A stretch of 64,000 nt of DNA. Source: Thalia democratica (Eukaryota). The position numbers and the translations under genes are program-made. Location: the NCBI GenBank assembly GCA_965202585.1, contig OZ241830.1, forward strand, positions 45,818,001 to 45,882,000, read 5' to 3'. Below the pieces are notes generated by a model. It was not told where the DNA came from and made no database searches. It worked only from the letters and a program-made list of their open reading frames with translations. Positions 23,801-33,110 of this stretch are shown here, in pieces. The first letter of the stretch is position 1. Each line of letters begins with the position of its first letter.

Positions 23801-26800
23801 TACACTTTTGTTTACTTGTGATAAAGTTAATCTCTTATTTAAAAATGCTATATTTTAAATTCTATTAATTAATCTATTCATCAAGTTACTGAATTTATTA
23901 AACTACTAATTACGTTTTTCAAATATTTTTTTTCAAGTAGTTATCCAGCTCAGCATGAAATAACTTGGTAAAATAGCAAAGAGTGTTTAACTTTTGAAAA
24001 AGTTTTTGAGAACTACAACAAAAACATGCAAAGATTGTCAAAATATTAATTAATCAGTTTAAAGCTTAAAAAACTCGAGAAGTAATTTTAATATAATAAT
24101 TGGGATTAATTTTTACTATCATTATTTTGTTTGTGGTTTTTTTTGAACTTTACTATTTTGGTAAACGTGAATCTTATGATCAATCATCAGATTTAATTTG
24201 AATGACAACTACGATTCAAACAACTGAATAATTATATATATAAGATGTAACGTTATAAGGCGTTAAATCCTGGAGATCCTGATAAGCTAAGCTTATCGGA
24301 ATGTATATCACAGATGTTCTTGTGCTAAAACTTTATTTCAACTAACGGCGTTTCACTGCTCTCAAATAAATTTAAGAACAGATCTACGGAGTCTCAAATT
24401 TTTTTTGAGCTTTTTGAGACTCCGTAGATCTGTTCTTAAATTTATTTGAGAGCAGTGAAACGCCGTTAGTTGAAATAAAGTTTTAGCACAAGAACATCTG
24501 TGATAATTATATATATATATATTTTTTAATTTTTTGCTAACAAAAACACTTGTAATTTTTATCTACAAATTTAATTGCAAAATTTTAATAATGGTTTTGA
24601 ATATTTATATGAATGTTTTACAACTAAATGTATAGCTAAAATGTTATTTTTTTTATTTTACTAAGCTCTCAATTAAAAAAATAATTAGAAAGAAGTAATT
24701 TTGCTTATAATTTTTTTTTTGTCTTTATTTCTTTAAATTTTTACTTAAGCTTTTGGTGTATTTTTTTGAAAGCCTTTATGTGTTTTTTACAGCTAAATAT
24801 ACAAGTAAAGCTTATTAGTATCTGATTTGTAGTTCCGGTCTAGTGTGGGATACTACTATCAAGAATATTACGGAGGGTTTGACCTCTTTTCTCAGCTAAA
24901 CGATTTGAGCTTTTTCTGATTCAAAGTGATTAATTAAAACAAATATTATGCTTTATTTAAAATAAGATTTTTCACTAAAGTAATATGATGTGAGTCTAAG
25001 GTTTCTAGTGTGTTACTAGTGTAACACAAAGAAACTAATTTATTACAGTTATCAATCACATTAGTAAATATATTGACTGCTAAATACAATGCTTAAATAA
25101 TGCTCAAAAAATCAAATAGATCAAAAATAAATGTTTAACATCTAAAAACTCAATTATAATAATCTTTAAAAACAATAACAACAAACTCTCCACTATCAAA
25201 GGCAGATATTTGACAAAATAACAAAAGCCATTTTGTTACAGATCAAGTATAAAAAGAACAAAAATTTATAACAATTAAAAGAAGTCTTTTGAAAATCTTA
25301 ATGAAAAGTAATAGTTTATAAGTTATAAAAACAAGGAATTTTAAGATTTATAAATTCATAGCTTGAGTTAAAATTATATTAAAACCTTTGTTTTCTGTTA
25401 AAAATACAATCATCTAAATAATTTCAGACAGATTGTGCAAATAAAAAGTGTTAGTTGAAAGTAATTCTTTTGCTACTTAGTGATATTTTTTACTTTTTAC
25501 CAATTTTTTAGGTTTTACCACGGCAGGACAGAGACGATGAGGACTTGCACTACTGAGATGGTTGAGTTTTGCCGCAAAATACTCGATTGTGACGTGATGA
25601 GTGAGGATGTGTATGAGTGTTTTGTGAAAGCGCACAATAAATACAAGTGGTTGATGCGCGAGTGTGTGAATAATCGAGGTTGCGACAGACATCTGTTCGG
25701 ACTTCAAATTCAAGCTTTTAGTGTAAGATATTTATTTTCGATTTTTTTTTTGGTAAATGCGATTATTTTAATGTCTAAGTTTATGTTGCCAGTTTTATTA
25801 ACCTATAGAGTTGCTCTAAAATATAAAAATAATTTTGAGTATATATTTTTTGATTATCAAGCATTTGTTTGCTTTAACAAATCTATTTTTTTAGTAAATA
25901 AACTAGTTTTTACGGATGAAATAGATTTTAAATTAAAAAAAAAAAGTTTCGTAGTAATTTTTTTGTGGGTACTTACAGAAGACAATTGTTTTATAGTCAA
26001 GTTAAAGAATAATTTTAATCAATTTTCTCCTAAAAACTTTAACGCAAGGAAACTCAAGTTTCCAGAAAAGCTTGGTAATAAAAACTAAAATCCATTTTTT
26101 TAATAAACCTGAAAAACGCCCATACTTTTAAAGAAATATCTTTGACAACTAAATATCCTAAATTAGTTTGACTTTAAAATTATTAATAAATATATTTCAA
26201 AAAAAAACGCTTTAAAAGATTAGGACGAAAAAGCTTATCAGTAAATATATTTTTTCTAAGGTTTAGTCTTCTTAAAGTTAGCTATTAAAAGTTTTAGTCT
26301 TTAGTAAGTCGTATATTTAGCAAATATACATGTTTTTAAGCAGCTAAAACCATATGGTTTTTAAAATAAAAATAAAATAAAATTTGTTTTAGGTTTGAAC
26401 TGATATATAGCTCTATACACTTACTAGACAAATAAGTTTTTTTATTATTATTTAAGAAAATTATTATTTTCAAGTCTATTATCAAAGAAATTAAAGTTTT
26501 AAAAATATCAGTTATGTTTGGTTAATAAACACGAATGAATTTTTTCATTATATTTTCTTTTTTTAAGTTTTTGTGTCTTTTTTAGAGAAATTAAATTTTT
26601 ATTTGTAATTTAATGATATAAAATATATTATTTTTCGCTAAAGTACTGTTTAGAAAACATACTGTGGATAGATATGTTTAATACATAGTACATAGTTACT
26701 TTTATTGAACGTAAATGATTAATTTATAAGAAGTTATTTATGTAGTTTAATTTAAAGTTATATAAATAAAAATTTCTAGTTACTTTATATATATTTAAAG

Positions 26801-28680
26801 AAAATAAGTTTAGAAATAATTGCTCAAGGTTAAAGGAATTTTACTTAACAAAATTAAACGAGTTTAACTATTTTTGTGCAAATTTTTCAATGTCTTCTAA
26901 AAATAATGTTAGAGCTATAAAACAATTTTCTTAACAGTTAGAATGACATACGTCACATTTATTAATACTGGGTGCATGTCATACACATATATTTTTCAAA
27001 TGTTTATTAGTTTTTTAGTTTTGGCCCTTCAAAGATTTTTCTAAGAAAAAATTTTCGGAATTTGATCTGTCATATAACCTTAAATACTTACCTTAATTAG
27101 AAAAATCTTTTTATAGAGAGCATTTAAAAGTAAAGAATATAATAAGTAAGTTGTAGACTGAACAGATATTTGTTTAACTACAACTTTAGTTTTATAGTTT
27201 TTATATGAATTTGAATATTAGAAAGGTAAAACTCACAGTAACTTTGGTTTTGAATTATTTGTCTATCATCGAAGTGTTTTTGTAACTAAAATCATAATTT
27301 CTAAAACATAGGTTTTATATTGAAAACCAGATATTTGTTTAACTACAACTTTAGTTTTATAGTTTTTATATGAATTTGAATATTAGAAAGGTAAAACTCA
27401 CAGTAACTTTAGTTTTGAATTATTTGTCTATCATCGAAGTGTTTTTGTAACTAAAATCATAATTTCTAAAACATAGGTTATATATTGAAAATGACTTCTG
27501 AGTATCAAAAAAAAGCAATGTTGTAAAAAAAAACAGGAAAACAAAACTCCAGCTATTTTCACCGACGAAATGTACCATAAAACAGGAGGCGGGGGAAACT
27601 TCGATCTTTCAACCAGCTTTGTTGGTAACTTCAATGTTAGTTCATTCATGCCTGATATTTTATCATTGCTTACATAAATATTTTTTGTTTTTAAATGGAC
27701 TATTTGTTCGGAGATTTTTTATTAGATAACTTTTCTTGATAAATTTAGTTTTGAATAGTTTTTAGGTTGTAAAAAGCTGTTGTGCAAAAGTTTTTAATGA
27801 TCTTTGACGGTACAAGCTTGTGGATACAACTTTAGTTTCAAACAAGACATATAAGGTCTCCACAGAGTAATAAGACGAAAGCGACAGCTATTTAATATTT
27901 AACTTTTTTTGAAATGTACCAAAGTCAGTCTTTACTTCTTAATCACTTTGTCAAAGTTTTAAACTTTAAACTTTAAATACACTAAAAAACGCAGTCTATA
28001 CATATACTGAAACTTATAATAAATAATAAAAAACAAATACACAAAAAGATATTTTTTGTAAAAATAGCAAAATAACTAGTAAGCAGTTAGTCATTGCTTG
28101 GTATTTCAAAGCATACAACTTTTTAAGTCGTTCACTTACCTCTTGTTTTACGTAAATAAATTATATTACTTATATTTAAATTATTTTTGCCATCCAATGT
28201 TTTCGAAGCAAAGAAGTTTGGCTAAAGTGAGTAAAAAGTCTATTTTGTTGTATAGTATAGTTTAAAAGCCACTTAAATTTTTTGAAGTAAAAATGAACCA
28301 ACTATTTAATGCTATGGTATATATGAATTTTTGTTCCTTGATTTTTTCATAAAACTAATTCCATAGTATAAAAATTTAACTCATGATGTCTCATTCAAAT
28401 GTCAACAATATAAGTAATTTTGATACTTTGGTATTCTAAAATGACTTTCTTAATTGTATAAAATTTTCAGTCAACTGGAGCAGTAGCTCCGATGAAACAC
28501 GATGGTTATGGGTTCTTTTACAGAATAAACAACCACAGCGTCACTTACTCTATGTTGTCATGGAACAACTGTAAAGAAACTGATTGTGACAAAATAATCT
28601 TAAATTTACATGAAAGTTTTGAACAAATATTTAAACTGGTTATGAACTTTTCAAACAGTAAATCTGAATCTAAATTATAA
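8816..28680 (+). CDS. CROT: Peroxisomal carnitine O-octanoyltransferase (choline/carnitine acyltransferase family), complete 12-exon gene, 609 aa
   Basis: Hand-spliced join(8816..8912,9553..9654,12428..12561,12781..12896,17249..17397,17896..18166,19382..19563,21878..22038,23184..23281,25512..25722,27537..27635,28471..28680) = 1830 nt. All introns are GT-AG with compatible phases and there are no internal stops. Motifs: LPKLSVPNL..YLDSVK, RNWVENIWL..AYL, YPLCMNQYK, TRVPG, RWRDKSYN, catalytic-His motif HCDHSPVDG, QLAY..YETAS, FYHGRTETMR, DRHLFGL, GGGGNFDLSTS, PMKHDGYGFFY and C-terminal SKL. GGGGNFxLSTS, FYHGRTETMR and the terminal tripeptide favour CROT over CRAT/CPT. Confidence 0.93.
10473..12376. 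mobile_element. Non-autonomous TIR DNA transposon (CAGGGTT termini, 6-bp TSD), 1904 bp, in CROT intron 2
   Basis: TIRs cagggtttgtgcgc / gcgcacgaaccctg (14 bp, 1 mismatch). Subterminal repeats (gtcaggctaaat-like) near both ends. AGTAAA directly flanks both termini. Confidence 0.75.
11327..12064. mobile_element. Tc1/mariner-pogo/Tigger-like MITE (TA TSD) nested inside the 10473-12376 element
   Basis: TA|cagtaaccctcgca ... gcaagaggttactg|TA. A related degenerate copy lies at ~55380-56140 (shared ctctcgtttagttacgc..agaattct and ctgtggacacaat..gcgtaaat..gcaagagg). Confidence 0.7.
16007..16348. mobile_element. CAGGGTTGC-terminal MITE, ~342 bp, 6-bp TSD, in CROT intron 4
   Basis: Left cagggttgctaaa, right tttggcaacccta. 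Subterminal acctggaa repeats. AGTATA flanks both sides. Confidence 0.7.
18305..18688. mobile_element. Older hAT (Buster-like) MITE in CROT intron 6
   Basis: Degenerate TIRs tagggtttggcaaac / ggctgtcgacccttg, subterminal ggcccgc/ggccc motifs, and a degenerate 8-bp TSD atttaatg vs gtctaaag (5/8, central TA in both). Confidence 0.45.
21203..21548. mobile_element. hAT-type MITE, 346 bp, 8-bp TSD, in CROT intron 7
   Basis: TIRs cagcggttcttaacct / aggttaagaatcgctg (16 bp, 1 mismatch). Exact TSD ACCTAGAG at 21195-21202 and 21549-21556. Internal aaattta(c)ccc repeats. Confidence 0.88.
24306..24505. repeat. Perfect long inverted repeat (93-bp arms, 14-nt spacer)
   Basis: 24306-24398 is the exact reverse complement of 24413-24505. 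Confidence 0.95.
27163..27491. repeat. Near-identical tandem duplication, ~165-bp unit x2, in CROT intron 10
   Basis: Copies start at 27163 and 27328 (cagatatttgtttaactacaac...ctaaaacataggtt). Only 2 substitutions and a 1-nt indel were seen. Confidence 0.92.
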
Positions 28681-29738
28681 AGTAATTTTTTTTTGTATTT
28701 TAAAACCTAGTTCTAATGCAGTATTTTACTTTAATATGACGTTATTTTAATATTTGTTATTTAAAAACTATTTCGTGTTTGATAAGCAATCATCAAAGCC
28801 GCTGAAAATGTTAAGAATGTTCATTTTTTAGTTAATCATATATTATGTTTCATTAATTTTATAGTTGTGTTTTACTATTATTATAAGTAAGTAGGAAGTT
28901 ATAAATTATGTATTAGCTTTTCGTTTAAGAAAATAGTAATTGTTGCTTGTAATAATTCATTGTGTTTATCGAGTTGCGTTTATTTATTAGCAATAAATGT
29001 TTGTAAAACATAATTTCTCACTTTAATACTAATTTAACACCTAATGGATAAGATCAAAAATCTAGTATAATTTAGGGCTGTTATAAATAGTAAATGCAGC
29101 TTATAATTTTTTATAAAGCACTATGTTAATGTAATGTATTTAGTGGTATTTAAATTTTGTAACGGTTTATCTATAAGCTTCAAAAATCAAAAATCTAATT
29201 ATTTATAAACATAATAAATTTAGAAATTTTGGTCAATAAGTAATCTTTAGAATTATTTAGTTTAGTATTACATTTCTATTAAAAGTAGATACAGTTGTAT
29301 AAATTTAAACCTTTGGCTGTTGGACTAATCATCTTTTGAGAACTTGAAGAATCACACTTTTGATAACTCCTCTAAATGGAGTTGAATCTTTAACAACTAA
29401 TTTAACTTGATAAAAAGATGCTTAAAATTCTAAACTAAAACAGAGATAACTGTTTATTATAAACTATGTTTAAGTTTCAACCAGAACATTATATGTAACT
29501 GTTTCAATAATGAACACTTTATACTTGTATATAAAAAAAACACCATAACTAAATACAAGTCTAACAGTGCAATTCCAAACTAGAGTTCCAATGATCTTTA
29601 ATACAATTTTCTGCTGCTACAATATAATATGTGTGTCTGAAAACAGGATCCAACGTTTCTTCCCTGACGTAATTACCACAAGACTACTTTTAAACGACAA
29701 TAGGCTTAAATGAGCTTCATTAAATGAGCTCTTATCAG

Positions 29739-29809
29739 CTCAGCTTTTATCCGTCAATATCTTATTGACTCAGCTTTGATCCGTCAATATCTTATTGACT
29801 CAGCTTTTA
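29739..29809. repeat. 30-bp tandem repeat, ~2.3 copies
   Basis: cagcttt(t/g)atccgtcaatatcttattgact repeated at 29741 and 29771, with a partial copy at 29801. Confidence 0.85.
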
Positions 29810-32800
29810 ACACTCGACATTCAACATCATGTACAAAATTCAAGCCATAGACATCTCTCCGATTTTTAAAGGAATGAAATAGGTCGAATTCATTACAAAA
29901 CAAAAAACTCGATTAGGTTCAATAACATTAGTGCAAATTTCAAACAACGTTAATACACTTAAATCTACCATAGTCTTATAAATAGTTGTCTAAAAATTCA
30001 AAACTAAGTAACGTTTAGTGTACACAAAACAAAAAAACCCGTAGTTTGAGTAAATAAATATAACTTGTATATTTAAGGTTAAGAACAGATTATTATAGAA
30101 AAAAATAACTAATTTTTTAGAAATAAAATTTAGCTACAGCGTCTGGCATTAATTAATAGAACTAAGTTATAAATTAAATACACGCACAAAGTAATTTATG
30201 ATGAAGGAGACTCCATTATCTTTGAAGCTGAAAACGTATATTTTGAATGGGTAAACTTTAATTAAAAAAAAAAAGACACGATAAATTTTCAATACTTTAC
30301 CCAAAAAATTCCTATAAAATTAAATATATACTAAAAGAAGGGAGAAACTTCAATTGACAAGATGATAAAAAGATTAGCGCTCTACTAAACAAAAAAAGCT
30401 CTACTGTAGTTAACTTGTTTAAAGTTTCAACGGAAAAATTGAAAGAGTTATTAATTAAAGTTTTTGATAAATTAAATAGATTTTTGCAAGCTCGATATAT
30501 ATACATATAATCTAAGCTATTTTTACTTAAGATAGTTGTTCACTTGTTTTATAAATATTTTTTAATTAAACACTTTTCGACTGTTTTAATTAAAATAATC
30601 AACTTATTATTTTTTATCTAAGAGACACCTCTATATTTTTCAATTTCGATGATAAATCATTAACCATATTAATTCTTTAAAAGTTTATATATAATTCAAT
30701 TAATTTTTAAAATTTGGAAACGTATTACTGGTTGAAATTTGTTCGAAAAAATATAAAAAATGTAATTAAATAATTAAGTAAATAAAACGGTCAATACTTT
30801 TATGGTAGGAAAACATAAGTCTAACTCTTACTTCTACAACGATAAACGTTTTTTGAAGGTCAAACAAGTAAGTTACGTAATGTGTAATTCTACCTTGGCA
30901 AATTCAGAATTATAAGTAGTTGTTTTACTTTAATGAAAATAAATTTCTTTTTAAAATAAAGACTAATGTTTTTCATTAGGTAAGTTTTAAGAGGGAAATA
31001 TAAACTCTCTGTAAAAATAAGTTTTATGATTAGCTATGTATCAAAAAATTTCATTCAAGTTTTGGTTAAATCATAGAAATTTGATTACTTTACTATAAAG
31101 ACTACAGTAAAGTTTGCTAACAACTAATTTTCTTATAACAGTTTTATGAAATTTAAAGTCTAAAAACTAAATTTAAATAAAAATTAAGTACAACTTTGCA
31201 TAAAAAGCTTTCAAATAACATTTAGAATTTTAAATTTCATAGTTTACATGTCTACAACAGACATCACGTAAGTAAAATACTTATTGTATAAAATTTATGA
31301 TAAGCCTAAACCTAAATTTTTATAGCGAAAAGTGAGCAAAAAAAAGGCACTTTTTTATGTAACTGATTAAGTGATTGTATTTTAGATATATGTAACAACC
31401 AAGTTATAAAGCTATGTGATGGATAGAAATTGAAAAAAATCTTAAAAGGAAAACTTAACAACTTAGTTAGTAAAACCTAGTCTTTTCAAATCAACAAAAC
31501 AAAATACAAAAATTATACTTATACCTAAATGTGTATTAGACTTAATAAAAGAAAATACTAATAATAAAACGAAAGCTGTTATAAATGCGACCGAAAGATC
31601 TTCTATAGTAGAACTTCTGATCAACAACGTTGATTGTGCAAACAACTATGGTTTATCGAGATTTAGTCAAAAAAAAAATATCGGTGAAAGTCTGCAAAGC
31701 AGAAGCCTGGACTCTCGTATGCCGTGAGACAAGCTCAAATTTACAAAAGGGTTGATTATACCAATTGGAATTATCGAGATTTATGGTTATTAACAATTGT
31801 ACAAATTCCATTGATTTGGTTACATTCGAAGCTACCTCAATATTTTCAAATAAACCTGAACTATGTAAGCAGAAACAGTTTGACTAAAAGGTTTCTTAAA
31901 TTATTTAAAAGTGTTTTTGGTTAGTTTGTTTAAAAGTTTCATCGGTTATTTTATTTACTTAAAGTTTTAAAGACTTTGTTTGTTTTAGAAATTTTGTTTC
32001 GGTTTGTAATTTACAATGATTATTTTGCGTTAATTACTATTTTACATTGATTGATGTTTGTTGATTGGTTTTTTACAACAATCTAATTAATCACTTATGT
32101 AGTTTTCTAAAGTTTGTTGTTTTTAATTAAAAAAAATTTGTTTTACTTCAAACGTCTGCAGTGAGTTTCTGATGAGCTGCAGTTAAAATGTATTAAACCT
32201 TTTATTGAAAAACATTAATTGTTATTTATATAGGTAAAAACTGTATAAGTTTTTAATATTAAAAAAGATTTATTCTAAGTCAACAATGCAGCTACGTGAT
32301 AGTTTGCTACATGATCAATGTAAATTAAACAAGCTTATTCTTTTGATTGGTTTTCTGAAACAATGTTTAAATAATTGTCCAAAATGGCTAATTAAAAGAA
32401 TATATAACAAAATTATAAGTACTCCTATTGTAAAAGAAATATTTAAATGATTCAAATATTAACAATTTTTTTGTTAAACATTTTAAATTCATTTTAACTA
32501 TAAGACTTTGAATTGTTATTTACACTTTTTTCATTCAGAAAATTACTAACTTTTGTTTTAGTAAACTTATTAACAACTTTTTACAAAAATTAAGCTTCAA
32601 AACTTTATAAGTTACTTAATTTTCATAGATTTTAATCAATTTGTGCACATTTTTTGCGTCTGTAAGCCTTTTAAGTTGGTCAAAGTTTAAGAAATAAAGA
32701 ATGATTAATACTAGAAAAAAAAAAAACTTTAGGCCTTTAGTAAGATAATATTCAAAATTATCAAGTTATATCTTATTCTTATTTGTTTTTCAATTAAAAA

Positions 32801-32984
32801 ATGAATTTAAAGATAAAAATAAAAACATCCTTAAAAAATATTTTTTTTTGGTTTAAAGTCTTTTTCAACTAATATTTAGTTTAGGGTATATGAACTAGTT
32901 CTAACTCTAATCGAACAAATACAATATTAATTTTAGATTAATTAATAAAAGATTTAGTTATATTACTTTATTGAACAAAACAAA

Positions 32985-33110
32985 ACGCTTAAAATATTTA
33001 GTCCTAGGACCTGGTGAACGAAGAACCCTTCGGTTAACGAGTCTCACACCACGAATACCTTTGAACGTCTTGTCAAGGACAAACCTTTAAACATCTTGTC
33101 TAGGAATAGA
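32985..33110. repeat. Dispersed repeat family A, copy 2
   Basis: acgcttaaaatatttagtcctaggacctggtgaacgaagaacccttcggttaacgagtctcacaccacgaatacc..aacgtcttgtcaaggacaa, the same family as 1858-1975. Possibly a retroelement 3' end (inference). Confidence 0.65.

Noticed and set aside
25723-26088. 3' extension of the 202-aa ORF 25480..26088, and the 5'/3' overhangs of ORFs 17823, 19425, 42203, 56344, 59934 and 63089
   Set aside because: Read-through into introns past clear GT donors or before AG acceptors; homology stops at the splice sites.
32150-32200. CTGATGAG (32169-32176) flanked by ctgcag repeats, suggestive of a hammerhead ribozyme core
   Set aside because: No stem II closed by GAAA and no stems I/III can be built.
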